Source: Podarcis bocagei (lineage: Eukaryota). Taken from it: a stretch of 64,000 nucleotides of DNA. The DNA lies in assembly GCA_964188305.1 (NCBI GenBank), contig OZ076892.1; one strand, written 5' to 3'. Position numbers and translations under genes: made by a program. The notes beneath the pieces were generated by a model, which worked only from the letters and a program-made list of their open reading frames with translations, made no database searches and was not told the DNA's origin. Every line of letters starts with the position of its first letter. Position 1 is the stretch's first letter. This document shows positions 47,530 to 60,267 of the stretch, piece after piece.

Positions 47530-48979
47530 TAGCAGAGTGCAAAAACAGTCTTGTTGAAAAAATGTAGAAACACAATGTTTACTGCTCCTGGCAGGCAGAG
47601 CTGTTCTGCGTATGAACGTATGTTTAGCCATGACAGAGTCTCAAAGTTAAGAAAAAGAAAGCTCTAGCACTTAAAGTTCTGAAGAACAAGAAAGAAGTAA
47701 AGCCTGAGGTGGTGATGTGGGGAGCTGTAAGCATTGCAGGTTTACTCAAAATGGAATCTGCATCCCCAAGGCTTAACTCTATGGGGGGTGTTGACACATG
47801 GCTCTTGGAAGTCACCTCCATGGCACTCCCTTAAACTGTTGCGTGTATTAAAAGTGACAAGTGAAAGCTTGTTCGTTTGCTCTCGCCCATCAATACTCGA
47901 GCAGCAGAAAAGAAGAAGAAAAAAGAGGAGAGGAAGACAAACTCCTTTTTCCATGCCGGTTAGAAAAGCCTATTGATTCTTCTAGTTTTAAGAGGCTGCA
48001 TTCTGCACTGATTGAAACCTCCATCAGAGGCTTAAGATAGCTCTTTTCATGCTTGAGTTAGCTGTAAAAGAGCGGGTCTTTTATTGACTGGTCAACTGAC
48101 TCATTTTCCCCTTGATTTACCTCCAGGTAGGGACTTTTTCTCCCGAGGATCTATATGTCGAGGTCTTTGCCGCATGACAGGGTGCCCAGTGGGGCTTGAC
48201 CATGTCAGCTGAGAGAAGGGGGCATTGCATTGCTTCGTGACCCCCCATCCTCAAGTTGTGGGAAATTGGGCGGAGGGAGCCTTGACAGGGTCACCTTGCT
48301 ATGGGAGAGGAAAGCGCCAGAAAGGCACCTGCTTATTTGCAAACTAGCAAATTTCACTGGCATGCTCGCACCTCTGAAGAGAAAAGTCAACTCCTCTTTT
48401 GCAAGAGCAGCTTCACCCACTCTTGAGCTGAAATGCTGATTTATGTTAATAGACCCCATGAGTGTGTATGTGAAATTAAGAGTTTTTTGCTCCAACATGC
48501 ATCACTTTGCAAGTGATTTAATCGAACCATTTATTTCTGCATTGCAGTGTGGTAGATTAGATGATCTACTGGGTCCCACCCAATGCTACAATTCTTTGAC
48601 CTGCTACCTGTTAACAATTCAGTATGGATAAAAGAATTTCTTCATGCAACAACATAGTTAAAATATGGAACTCACAGCCACAGGAAGCAGGGGTGGCCAC
48701 CAGTTTGCATGGCTCAGACAAATTCATGGAGGAGAGGACCACTGATGGCTGCTTTCATGATGGCTGTGCTCTGGCTCCACAGTTGGAGGCAATGATGCTT
48801 CTCTATGCCAGTTGATGGAAACCACTGGAGGGGAGTGGGCTTTTGTGCTAAAGCCCTGCTTGCTGGTTTCTCACAGGCATTGTGAGAACAGGATGCTGGA
48901 CTAGATGAATCAAGAGTCCAACTCTTCATCCTTTTATTTGAACCACGAGCACTGGAATATTTTTCATGACATATATATC

Positions 48980-49370
48980 TATAACTTTATTAAATAGTCA
49001 AAATAATTTATAACAAAACGAAAACAGAGCCAGTCGGTGACTTGCTGTTATAGAGCAATAGTACATGGTTGGCTATGGCATCAGAATATGAAGAGGTTTA
49101 ATCTAAAGTCAGACAAGAAAGTAGAATTATTGTTTGCACAGGAACAGTGAGGGCTATTAATAGTGGATATCAGTACCAAATAAAGTTGAATATTAATACA
49201 CACCCACTGTGTGATGGTGTAGTCCATTGGCTTGGCTGTGAGTCATGAAACATGCGTCAAATGAGTCAACTTTTCTGAAATTGCAATATGCAGGACCTTC
49301 TGAAACCAAATGAGAATGGGAAAGTCTGACAGATTTCTCCATCCTGGGGCAATGCTCAACCTAGCCATAT
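48980..49370 (-). mobile_element. Probable old L1-clade 3' fragment
   Basis: Minus-strand AATAAA near 48990 and reverse translation VLHIAISEKLTHL resembling non-mammalian L1 ORF2 ends. Confidence 0.4.
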
Positions 49371-49419
49371 CCAACAAATATACAATGAGGACTGTAATCT
49401 TAATTTATTTTTAGATGGA

Positions 49420-49590
49420 AGACAATAGCTCAGTGGTGGAGCACATTCTTTGCATGCAGAAGGCATCTGCTATCTCCAGGTAGGACTGGGGAACGACCTC
49501 TCTAGCTGAAAAACTGGAGAGCTCCTGGCTGTCCAGATAGAGAATATTAACAGTCTGACTCAGTAAGACAGTTTCCTCATGCTCCTATGT
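49420..49590 (+). mobile_element. tRNA(Ala-like)-derived SINE (Squam3-like)
   Basis: ATAGCTCAGTGGTGGAGCAC..TTTGCATGCAGAAGG head; CTGGAGAGCT body; CTGACTCAGTAAGACAGTTTCC..CCTATG tail. Confidence 0.7.
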
Positions 49591-51029
49591 AACATGCAAG
49601 TTCAGCATTGCAGGAAATGATTGTCCAGCACCACCTTATATGATCAAGGAACTTCTAACAGAGGTTCTCTATAAGATAGCTTGAAAATGACTTGTCTAAA
49701 GCAAGTAAAATGTAGGAAAAGAGCCTGGGTGAAGAAGGAAGAGAGGCCTGGAGAGACTCTGTTGAACACACAATGAATTTGTTCAAACACTGCAAAGCTC
49801 AGAGGTCCCTGAAGCACCTGCTCTTTCAATTGTAACCTTTCTGATTATTTTGACATCTTCTGTTAGAGTCAATTACACTCTTCTGGAGGCAATCGGAGAC
49901 CTGGACTCTGCTCTGGCAGAGATGAACTTTTACTCTCTCATTCGGAGCTTGGTTAATATGTTTTGGGCATCCAAGAAGGGGAAAGGAGAATAGGAGGAAG
50001 GGAGTTTGGGCAGGAAGATGGGAAGGGTCCATAAAGATGTACCATTAATCTCCCCAGGTACATATTTTGCAAGGGCTGACAGCTGCCTCTGGAACCCAAA
50101 TAATCTTAGGTTTATTGAACCTCACATTGAATAGCGAGATTTGTTAAGCTCCCTCTCCATCTCCTGCTAAAGAATTTTGTTTTTGCACTTCTGCAGAAAT
50201 GTGAGGATGGATGTCTTTCAGTTTACGCCTTGTTTCAGAAGGTACAAATTAGGAACGTTTGCTTTTAAATGCAAAATGAATCAAATTTATTCTGCATCCC
50301 TAACCGGTGAGCAGTGGATCTTTGTAAGAGAGGTTCTGCTCCATGTAAAACATCAGGATGAAAGCTTTGGAGCTCGCATCATTTTATTGTGGGGAAAAGA
50401 CCAAAATACAGTTTTCCTAACCCAACACTTTTGCAAGAGAGGCCCTTGAGGGAACTGAGGTTTTCTTTGTTTTTAATTAGGAAATTCTGCTTCCTGCAGT
50501 TGCAACATCAGATTTTATGGCCACAGCTCAGCGAAAAACTCGGTCCCAAATCAATTTTCATCAGAAATTAATCATGCCAGTGGTGATCATGCCCCTCTTC
50601 CCTCCAATATCAATGCAAGCTTCAAAGTCAATGGAGCTGAGATGCCCTGAAGGGTAGGAAACGGAGCTATGCTTAAAAATGCTCAGGGTTTTGATTTTCA
50701 GGTGGAAATTAACCATTTCATTGATCTGGATATCTTTCCTGGAAAAACAACTGCACTAGATGGTGTGAATATTTGCTTTTATTTCAACCTATTCAGTTAT
50801 CCCTGACCCAGACCCAACCATTCCAGATTCAGACCAGTCTTTTTGGGGTGTTATCAAAAACTGGCCATTCCACATGGGATGCAGATTTCAAAGGGGTTTA
50901 AAGAAATCCATGGAGGAGCAGCATATCAATGGCTGCTAACTATAACTCTGAATATTTGCTGCTGAGGATTAAGTGGTGAGTCTGCTTGGGGGCTTCCCAG
51001 AGGCATCTGGTCGGTCACTGTAAGTTAGA

Positions 51030-51548
51030 AAAAGAGCAGCCATTATGGTCAAGAGGATGGCGTGATTTCCCTATGAGGAACAGTTGCAGCATTTTAGTTT
51101 AGAGAAAAGACAAGCAATAGCTGATGTGATAGAAGTTTACAAAATGAGGCATGGTATGGAGAAAGTGGATAGAGAAAAGTGTTTCTCCCTCTCCTCGTGG
51201 ACATCCAATGAAGCTGAATGTTGTAAGAGTCAGGACACATAAAAGAAATGCAGCACATTGTTAAACTGTGCAACTCTGTCCCATGAGGGCTAGCGATGGC
51301 TTTGGAAGAGGATCACATAGATTCATGGAGGATAACAGTGGCTACTGGCCATGATGGCTATGCTCTGCCTCCATGGTTAGAGGCAGTAATGCTTCTCAAT
51401 ACCAGTTGCTGGAGTGAGTTGCTCTTTTGCTCAGTTCCTGCTTGCTGGTTTCCCACAAACATTTGGTTGGCCACTGTGAGAACCAGATGCTGGACTAGAT
51501 GGGCCATCCTTGGTCTGATCCAGCAGGGCTCTCCTTATGTTCCTATTA
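51030..51548 (+). mobile_element. CR1 family B 3' fragment
   Basis: TTTAGTTTAGAGAAAAGA..GTGATAGAAGTTTACAAAATG..GGACATCCAATGAAGCTGAATGTT.. to the CTTATGTTCC tail. Confidence 0.8.
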
Positions 51549-51729
51549 GCATATACACATCTTTATCAACAAGTGTGGATTATATTTGTTTTCATGAAAA
51601 CGTGGTCCAAATATGGACCAAATCCCCCTCTTTCTCTCTGTTTCCTGCATGTTGATTGGTAAGGAAGATGGAGTAAGCTTGTTTTATGCAGCCCCAGAGG
51701 GTAGGATCTAAACCTACCCTAGGATCTAA

Positions 51730-51876
51730 ACTTGGGTTTCCGGCTGTTTTTTGGACTACAACTCCCATCATCCCTAGCGAGCAACGCCCATCATCCCAAG
51801 CTAGGAGGACCAGTGGTCATGGACAATGGGAACTGTAGTCCAAAAAACAGCTGGAGACCCAAGTTTGGGAAACCCT
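51730..51876. mobile_element. hAT-type palindromic MITE lacking its left terminus
   Basis: AAACTTGGGTTTCCGGCTGTTTTTGGACTACA / TGTAGTCCAAAAACAGCTGGAGACCCAAGTTTGGGAAACCCT inverted arms. Confidence 0.7.
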
Positions 51877-53300
51877 CATCGAATCAATGTATTCAGTTGA
51901 CAAGAGAGATGTTCTGGCTAAACATCAAGAAGAACTTTCGGATAGTAAGAAAAGTTCAGCGCTGGAACAGACTCACTCAGAAAGTGTTGGACTCTCTTTC
52001 ATTGGAGGTTTTCCAACAGAGTTTGGATGGCTCTCACTTCTGGATTTTGTAGCTGTGATTCCTGCATTGCAGGGGATTGGACGAAATGGTCCTTGGGGCC
52101 CCTTCCAACTCTACAATTCTATGATTCTGTAATAATTCATCTCCCATCCCATTCCCTTCATACATCACTCTCACTCTTTTTCTTATAAACTGCTGCTGTA
52201 AATATGTCATGATATAGCATCAACCGCTGGAGATTGTTTCCAGTGTTTTTTTTTAAAGTACAATTGCTCACTGTTGCATGGGAAGTCTTTAACTCTTGAA
52301 TGAATCTTTTAGCCCCCACATCCTGCCATCACCCTAGAAAATTGCATGAGCTCCATCAGGTTTGACAGGTAGATGGAGAGTGTTTCTCTTCTCCCTCTGT
52401 GATTATCAGGGCAATGCTGACGGCACTTCCTCTAATCCAAGTCTGTGTGGACCTCAGTTTAGCAGTTTCATCCTTGTGGTGTACTGGTGATGATACACTT
52501 TGCTCTGTGTAATTTCCTGAGGCAATTGGCTGCCTGGGTAATTAACATGCAATTAAGCACTCTCTCCCATTACTAAGCCCCTCAGAATTAGTTACTTAAT
52601 TATCCCTCTTTCCACCAGCTCACACCATTAACCTCAATTGTCCAAACCAGTAATGGGTGACTTCTGTATTCTTGGAGGATGTTCCATTCTCCATCCCATC
52701 ATCTGTGGGCCTTTGGGATATTACCAGGGTGGGATTATGGGGCATGGGCCAGGAATAATTTTCTAAGTGTTTCTGGGTAAGGAAAGAGTTTGGGGAAAGT
52801 TGAATTGGGAGGGTTATCTGGGTTACTGAACAGGGTACTAATTTGAGAGATTAAATTAATTTAAAACAGCTTTATCTGGGGATGATTTGGGAGTAATGGG
52901 ATTAAATTAATTTGGACCAGGTTGGGAAATTAATTAGAGCTAAATGGTTTGAATATGATTGATCTAGGGTGATCCTGGGTGGGGTGCAAATAACGACAAG
53001 TTTATCTAGCATAATTTGTATGGGGAATTATCTGGCATTCATTCTGCAACATTTATTTTTGCAAGTTCTACACATAGTGGACCTACATTAGTCATGCCCA
53101 TGAATTTCAATGGGTCTGTTCTGAGTAGGAGCAGAATTACCAATTCAAGTCTTAAGTGGACGAGCCCATGGCCTAAATCTTTTAAATACCTAGTAACACC
53201 ACTAGCTGTGAGCCAAGTGATCTGTTTTGTTGTGTAGTTACAAGGGCCTGCCCTGTTCTGCTCCCATGGTAGAGGCTACAGAGCAAGGCAGGTTAGTTGG

Positions 53301-53321
53301 TTCAGCACCACGGAGAGCTCC
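53301..53321 (+). promoter_or_regulatory. RE1/NRSE (REST-binding neuron-restrictive silencer)
   Basis: TTCAGCACCACGGAGAGCTCC is 19/21 identical to consensus TTCAGCACCACGGACAGCGCC, with canonical 2-bp spacer, in apparently unique sequence. Confidence 0.8.
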
Positions 53322-53619
53322 AAGTGAGCAACTTGCTCCCAACAAGAGTTGGAGGTGATTTGGGGAGTTTCTATAGAAATGCCAACATCACGTCATAAAC
53401 CTGTTGTTTGAAGCCAATGAAATTTTACTCAAAGTAGTCCAATTGAAGTGAATTTCTTTTTTGTTAGTCATGTTGCTTGATTTCAGTAAACCTACTCTAA
53501 GTAAGAGTAATGTTGGATACAACTCCATATGACTCCATCCAGGTTCCGACTGCCTTATGGATGCCGTACAATTCCTTAATGCTGATAAGAAGTAAATTGA
53601 CTTCCTCTTCCTCCTCCCC

Positions 53620-53968
53620 CACCAAGGGGATGAAGTGGCTCCCCTATGAAGAAAGGTTACATCATTTGGGACTTTTTAATTTAGAAAAATGACACTCAAG
53701 AGAAACAAGTTGGAGCCCACAGAATAGCTATCAGTAGAGCATGAGAATCTTAATATCAAATTCATGGGGTTGAGCCCCACATTAGGCAAAAAGAATCCTG
53801 CATTGTAGGGGGTTGGACTAAATGACCCTCATGATTCTCTTCTGATTCTACAATAGTTCTGAGTTCATAAAATGATGCATGGCATGAAGAAACTGGATAG
53901 AATAAAGTTTTTCTCACTTTCTCATAACTTTATAACTCATTGACATGCAATAAAACTGAATTCAGGAC

Positions 53969-54011
<43 letters not shown>

Positions 54012-54718
54012 TTATTATTTGTACCCCGCCCATCTGGCTGGGTTTCCCCAGCCACTCTGGGCGGCTTCCATAGAAACCAAAAAACACTAAAATATCATAC
54101 ATTTAAAACATACATAAAAGGAAGTACCGTTTTGTTTGCTCTATAAGACGCACCAGACCACAAGACGCACCTAGTTTTTGGAGGAGGAAAACAAACAAAA
54201 AAAATATTCTGAATCTCAGAAGCCAGAACAGCAAGAGGGATCGCTGCGCAGTGAAAGCAGCAATCCCTCTTGCTGTTCTGGCTTCTGGGATAGCTGCGCA
54301 GCCTGCATTTGCTCCATAAGACACACACACATTTCCCCTTACTTTTTAGGAGGGGAAAAGTGAGTCTTATAGAGCAAAAAATACGGTACTTCTAGGTACA
54401 GTGCATAGTTAAATTATGGAGCTCACTCCCACAAGAATCAGTGATGGCCACCAACCCAGATATTTTTCAAAGCAGATTGGACAAATTCATGGCGGACTCA
54501 ACTATTGATGACTACTAGCCATGACGGCTGTGCTCTGCCTCGATTGTCAAAGGCAATAATACTTCTGAATCCCAGTTGCTGGAAGCCACAGGAGGGGAGA
54601 TGGTTCTTGGGTTCAGTTCCTATTTGTGGGTTTCCCATTGAGGCATCTGTTTAGCTACTGTGGCAGTAGAATGCTGGAGTAGATGGGCTGTTGGCCTGAT
54701 CAAGCAGACCCTTCTTAA
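53620..54718 (+). mobile_element. CR1 family B 3' fragment with three nested insertions (tRNA-Lys SINE ~53722-53865, L2-like tail ~53969-54120, TcMar MITE)
   Basis: KGMKWLPYEERLHHLGLFNLEK frame resumes after each insert and ends with the family B 3'UTR. Confidence 0.75.
54127..54386. mobile_element. TcMar (Tc2/pogo-like) MITE
   Basis: TIR CCGTTTTGTTTGCTCTATAAGAC / GTCTTATAGAGCAAAAAATACGG; TA TSD within palindromic target AAG-TA-CTT. Confidence 0.88.
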
Positions 54719-57084
54719 AATAAAAAAAATAAAATTCCAGGATTTGTTGCTTCTGCTAGCAACTCAGAGCGGAAGCTAAAACTATCTGAATAGTCTGAAG
54801 TATCTGAACTATCCTATCTGAAGGCCCATGCAGTATATGTTTCTGATTGCTTATGCAATAATGCTTGCTGATGTATCATTCTTTAGCCTGTAGATGTCTC
54901 AGCTCAAGAGGGCGACATATGGAAGAATGTCATGCCATTTCCAACTCAGTGGTTGAAGCTTTGCCTTGTTGAAACTCATTCTGACAGATTTTGATTCAGG
55001 AAAAGAAAAAAAAGGTTAAAGGAACAGAGCTGAGCTTTTAAGGACAGAAACATCCTTGTGGCATGAAGTTATGAAGGTGTATTCTAAAGCAGCTTTTCTC
55101 AATCTGGTGCTATCCAAATGTTTCGGACGACTGCTTCCAGCAGTACCAGCAGATATTGCCAATGGTCAGAGATAATGGGATTTGTCATTCATAAAATCCA
55201 GAGGGCACAGAGTTGGGGGAGGCTGCAGGAAAAACACATTTCATTAGATAAGATACTAGTGGGTGCATTTCCAAGTGGACATCTCTTACAGGCAGTGGTG
55301 GGGTGGTTGTGGTGTAGATACAATAAAGTCCACAGCTGCTACACCATCAGTGTATGCTCCCTTAGCTGGAAGACATCTCTAAAAAAATATGTAGACTTTT
55401 TTTTTTTTGCCCTGAACTCTAGAAGCAAAAGCAATTAATTACCAAGTCAATTCTGAGTGAGGGGGTGTCCATTAGTTGGTAATAAAAATAATGTAAAAAT
55501 TTGTCTTTCTTTTTAAAAATGCATTTGTACATCAGGGTTTGGGGGAGTGATTTTTTTGGGAGGACTTTAGTGCTTGTGAGTTCTGATACAAACTAATCCA
55601 ATCTTCACTTACTGGAACAATTACCAAGCCAAGCCAATTCTGAGTGAGCAATGTTCTGTCATTGCTCATAAAAATACTGCATACCATTTTCTTTCTTTTT
55701 TCATTTTCATTTTTAAAAATATATTTGTACATAGAGCTTTGTGAGGAATCCACCCATTGTTCATTCTGCTGCAGGCTGATCTGAGAGAGAGAGATTAGAA
55801 TGTGTTTTAAAATGTGTATTTAAATTCAGGTCAGCTTGCGATGGAACTTCGCAATTTAAATCCACATTTGGTGGTTTGTTTGTTTTTTATAAAATTTGCA
55901 GATGAATGAAGAAATGAGATGAAATGGTCATAAGAATGCATGCTTGCAAAAGTGACATCAGGGGGAAAGAATATGCTTTGCCTATCCCTGTTTCATACTG
56001 GTGGAGACACCGATGACTCAAGATTATGGATGGGAAGAGTAATTAATTTAGTTTATAGGGAAGGCAGAGGTGACCATCTTCAGACTGGACTAGATGACCC
56101 TTGGGATCCCTTCCAACTCTACAATTCTATGATTCCATTAATGCAGACCTACCTATTTGCAATTCCTGGACAGAGTAAAACACAGCTGTCTTTCCAAGTT
56201 TGTCCTCTTCCAAATGTTGTAATGCAGTCATATAACCAAAAATTCATACATTACGGGAAAGCGTCATGTGTACACAGCCCATAGAGGGTGTCGGGCATCC
56301 CTTCTAAAACAAGTGCCCACTCGATCACCCTGGTTATTGGCCATGCTGGTTGAAGGCTGATGAGAGTTGTAGTCCAAAATGCCCATGATGTCTGCAAATG
56401 ATGGGAATCATAGTCCAAAACATCCGAAAGGCACTAGCTTTGGGAAGGATGCTATAAGGTTCTCTCCCCCTCCCTTCAGCTAATGACCATCTGAATAGCC
56501 CCAACTCAAGAAGGCTATTTTTCATCTGGACTTCACATCATGGTTTTTAGTAGGGATGATTTTTTTTTTGGAGCGCCAAAAGTGTCAGAGGACTTGAAAT
56601 AATCATTTCCCCCCGCCCTTCCTCATTCTTAGTGGATTCGCCTCCACAAAATCCCTCCCTTGGCTGAGACACTAAATTGTGAGTTTGATGGTCCTTTTTA
56701 AGAGGGGAAAGAAATGCCTTGTAAAAGTTGCTCCGAAGTCTCCATTACTTTTATCACCCTTGTCAATTTGATGCAGGAATCCTCTTTTTTTTTGCAGGGG
56801 GGGGGGAATGAAGCAGGACAGAGTTCATAACTCTTGTAGAAATAGGAGTAAGTAAAAGATGTATGATTCACTCAATGTAGAGCCATAGAATTGAAGAGTT
56901 AGATGCGACTCCAAGGACCATCAAGTCCAACCCATGATTACTTGTGAAACTCCCTATATCAATTGAGTATGTGTGTGTGTGTTGTGTTGTGTTGTGTTGT
57001 GTTGTTTTGTTTTGCCTCTGGCAAATGGTAGGTCAGGGAATAAGGTGGAAGGTGGTGGTTGTAAGAAGGTTTGGCTTCGGTGTC

Positions 57085-57320
57085 GAATGAAGAAGGGAGG
57101 TTCCAACTCAGCGTTAGGACGAACTTTCTGATGGTAAGAGCTGTTCAACACTGGAACAGACTCCCTCTAAGGGTGGTGTATGCTAATTTGTTGGAGGTTT
57201 TCAGCAGAGATTGGATGACCATCTGCCAGGGATTCTGTAGCTGTGATTCCTGCATCACAGGGGGTTGGACTAGATGACCCTCGGGTCCCTTCCAACTCCA
57301 CACTTCTACGATTCAATGAT
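57085..57320 (+). mobile_element. CR1 family A 3' end
   Basis: EGRFQLSVRTNFLMVRAVQHWNRLP followed by GGGGTTGGACTAGATGACCC..CCTTCCAACTC. Confidence 0.85.
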
Positions 57321-59668
57321 GTTGTTTAAAACATCAGGGTGGTGGTGGGGAGAACCCTGCTCTTGCACTCAGGTCCTGCTGAGTGTTTCCCACAAATATC
57401 TGCTTGGACACTGTGAAAAGAGGGTGCTGGACTAGATAGGCCATTGGCCTGACCCAGCAGGCTCTTATTATGGGCTTATGGGCTTCTCTTTTCTCTTCTT
57501 CTTCAAAATGCAAAATAGGAAAATTAGAGATTTCCCTATAGACTTCTGGATATTCACACCATTCTATATGTTGTTGTGCAACCCTAACCCTGCCATGTTT
57601 CTGTTCATTTGTATACATGCAGGTCCTGCTATCTGCCCACTCACTATGCTGTGCAAAAATTCACTTATTCAAACATAAAGAATTATGCCCAAACCTCACT
57701 ATACACACCACAGATTCGGTTATTTGAAAAGCCAGTGTTTGTCCTCTTCTTTACTTCCTTACTTATGTGTGCTTTGCTGGTTGGTGGCAGCCATTCATGG
57801 AAGGGAGTGGGGAAAGACATTGGAGAAATCCAAGAACAGGAGAGATTGGACAAATCAGTTTTACCTTTGTCTCACTTTTTCTGGTTGGCTGCAGCCGTTT
57901 CAGGTAGAAACCACTGGTGGTGGTGGGAAGAAAGATTAAAAAAAAAATGGATTAGAAATGTTGCCATAGAAATCAATGGAAATCATTGTCTCTTTATGCG
58001 AATGCTTGCCTAATGAACCATTTCCAGGGAACACATTGTGTTTGGTAAGTAAGACCTGCATGTATTCAATGAAGGGAAACCAAATGCCCTCAAATGGGTC
58101 TTTCCATTGTCCATGATCACCTGTCACTTGTGGGAGAAGATCTCCAGCAAGGCTATATGTCAAATTTTGACCTACTGATGTTTCAGATATGTAGATGTGA
58201 AATTCTTCCAAAATCTTGCTGTTGCCAACCAGGCCACAATAAGAAGATGAAGAAGTTCCTTGTTCTTTAAATCCCATTTGGACCATCAAATAGATTCAAT
58301 AGTACCAAGGATTAGTAACATAAGGATGAACTTTCTGACAGTTAGAGCTTATTTGACAGTGGAACGGACTCCCTTGGAAGGTCTTGGGCTCTCCTTTGTT
58401 GAAGGTTTTTAAGTAGAGGCTGGATTGCCATATATCAGGGACTATTTAGCTGTGATTCCTGCACTACAGGACTATGTGGCCATTGGGGTTCCTTCTAACT
58501 TTGCAATAATATTATTCTTATAAGCCAGAGGTTACACGATTTAAGAGATTCCTATGAATACTCTCTCCCAAAAGTGCTGGACCCTTAGACAACCCCACCC
58601 CATGTGTTGATATGTGCCCAGCTGATGGCACCCCTTCAAAAACATGGGGGAATTGCCACACTTCAAGGGCACACTTCAGTCAGTTCAAAGCATCTGAGGA
58701 GGGCACAGAGGAAGGGCATAGTCTTGAGAGGCAGGGTGTGGCCTGTAGAGGTTTCTGAGGGCCAGATAAAAATGCCTGGAGGGCCACACTAAGCCCCTGG
58801 GCCTGACCCCTGTGCTACAGTGTCAGGCTGTTACGTACTGACGCTCAGGGGACATATGGCGGGATGCTTTATTATGGTGCCAGGGTCATAACTGAGAGTG
58901 ACAGTAAATCATTAGAGTTTGACTAATACTGCTCCACAGTGGACATGGAGACCATTTAATGCTGCCGGCTTAGACCAGCCCCTAATAGATTGATGCCTGG
59001 CTCTGCCTCCATCGCTCTAAAGACCCCTGGACAGCAAATCCCATAACTGCTTGGGAAATTCACTGTGTGGATTTCCAATGGAAGCATCACCCAGAAGATA
59101 GATAAGTGTAAGAAGAGATAAGGGGATCTGTGGTGCCCTGGTGAGAGAACCAAGCTAAATGTCCAGCAAAGCTATTTCTTCACCCGGGATGATTTCCTGT
59201 TTGAATGTTCTCAGTGTAAAAGAGAAATTTGATAGCGACTGCTGAAGAGTGGGAGAGGAATAGGAGAGCCGGCTGCTGCCAAGGCCCAGCCTCATGTGAC
59301 ACACAGGTTTTGAGGGGCAGGCGGCAAGGCCACTCTGGGTAGAAAGAAAGGGGGAGTGGAGCCAAGCACACAAAAAGTCTTGCCCCTTTATAAAAGTTAT
59401 GTATTGGTATGTATTTTTCTTTTGGTAAATCTACAATACAATAAGGATTAAAGGCTTTCTCCCCCCCCCCCGGATGGTGGAGGGTGTGTGTGCTGTGTCC
59501 CGTTGGTGTATTGGTGATGGTACTCACTTCGTTGGGTCAGAGGAGAACACCAAAAACAGAAGGTCGAGGAGGGTCAGTGGAGGGGAGAGTGACAAATGTT
59601 CCTATTTTCCCTCTTAGGAATATTGGAGGGTATGTGATTGCTGCTCTTGGAGGGGAATGGGGATATCC

Positions 59669-59801
59669 CAGGCATAGGCAAACTCAGCCCTCCAGATGTT
59701 TGGGACTACAACTCCCATCATCCCTGATCATTGGTCCTGTTAGCTAGGGATGATGGGAGTTGTAGTCCAAAACATCTGGAGGGCAAGTTTGCCTATGCCT
59801 G
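59669..59801. mobile_element. hAT-type palindromic MITE, 133 bp
   Basis: TIR CAGGCATAGGCAAACT / AGTTTGCCTATGCCTG; 8-bp TSD GGATATCC. Confidence 0.92.
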
Positions 59802-60177
59802 GGATATCCTAGGAGTTCTCAACACCCTTAACTAATGACAGCTCCCAGAATTCTTTGGGGGAAGCCATGTAGTTTAAAGTGGTATCGTAGCACTTTAAAA
59901 CGCATGGTGTGAAAATAGCATAAGAAAAGGAATAGATTAAAAATTTCCTCCCTGGACTCTTCATGATAATGATGAGTCTGATCTCAGTGGAACCCAGAGT
60001 AGTCCCCAACATACCATAATACAATGAAACTCAACATTTTTTCTAACCACACATGCACACGCCTGGTTGAAGATAGATGTTCTGAACTGCTGTCTAAAGA
60101 CCATCAAGGTGGGGGTTCAGTCACACTTCCCAAGGGAGGGAATTTCCTATCTGAACACCCACTGAGACATTCCTATC

Positions 60178-60267
60178 CATAGCTGTGAACATTTTCCCTT
60201 TTTTAGGGGAAATTCCCTTATTCCGAATAGGATTCCATGCAAGCAAAGGGAAAAGTTGACAGCTATG
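60178..60267. mobile_element. hAT-type MITE, 90 bp (same family as 34781)
   Basis: CATAGCTGT...ACAGCTATG; 8-bp TSD TTCCTATC. Confidence 0.9.
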
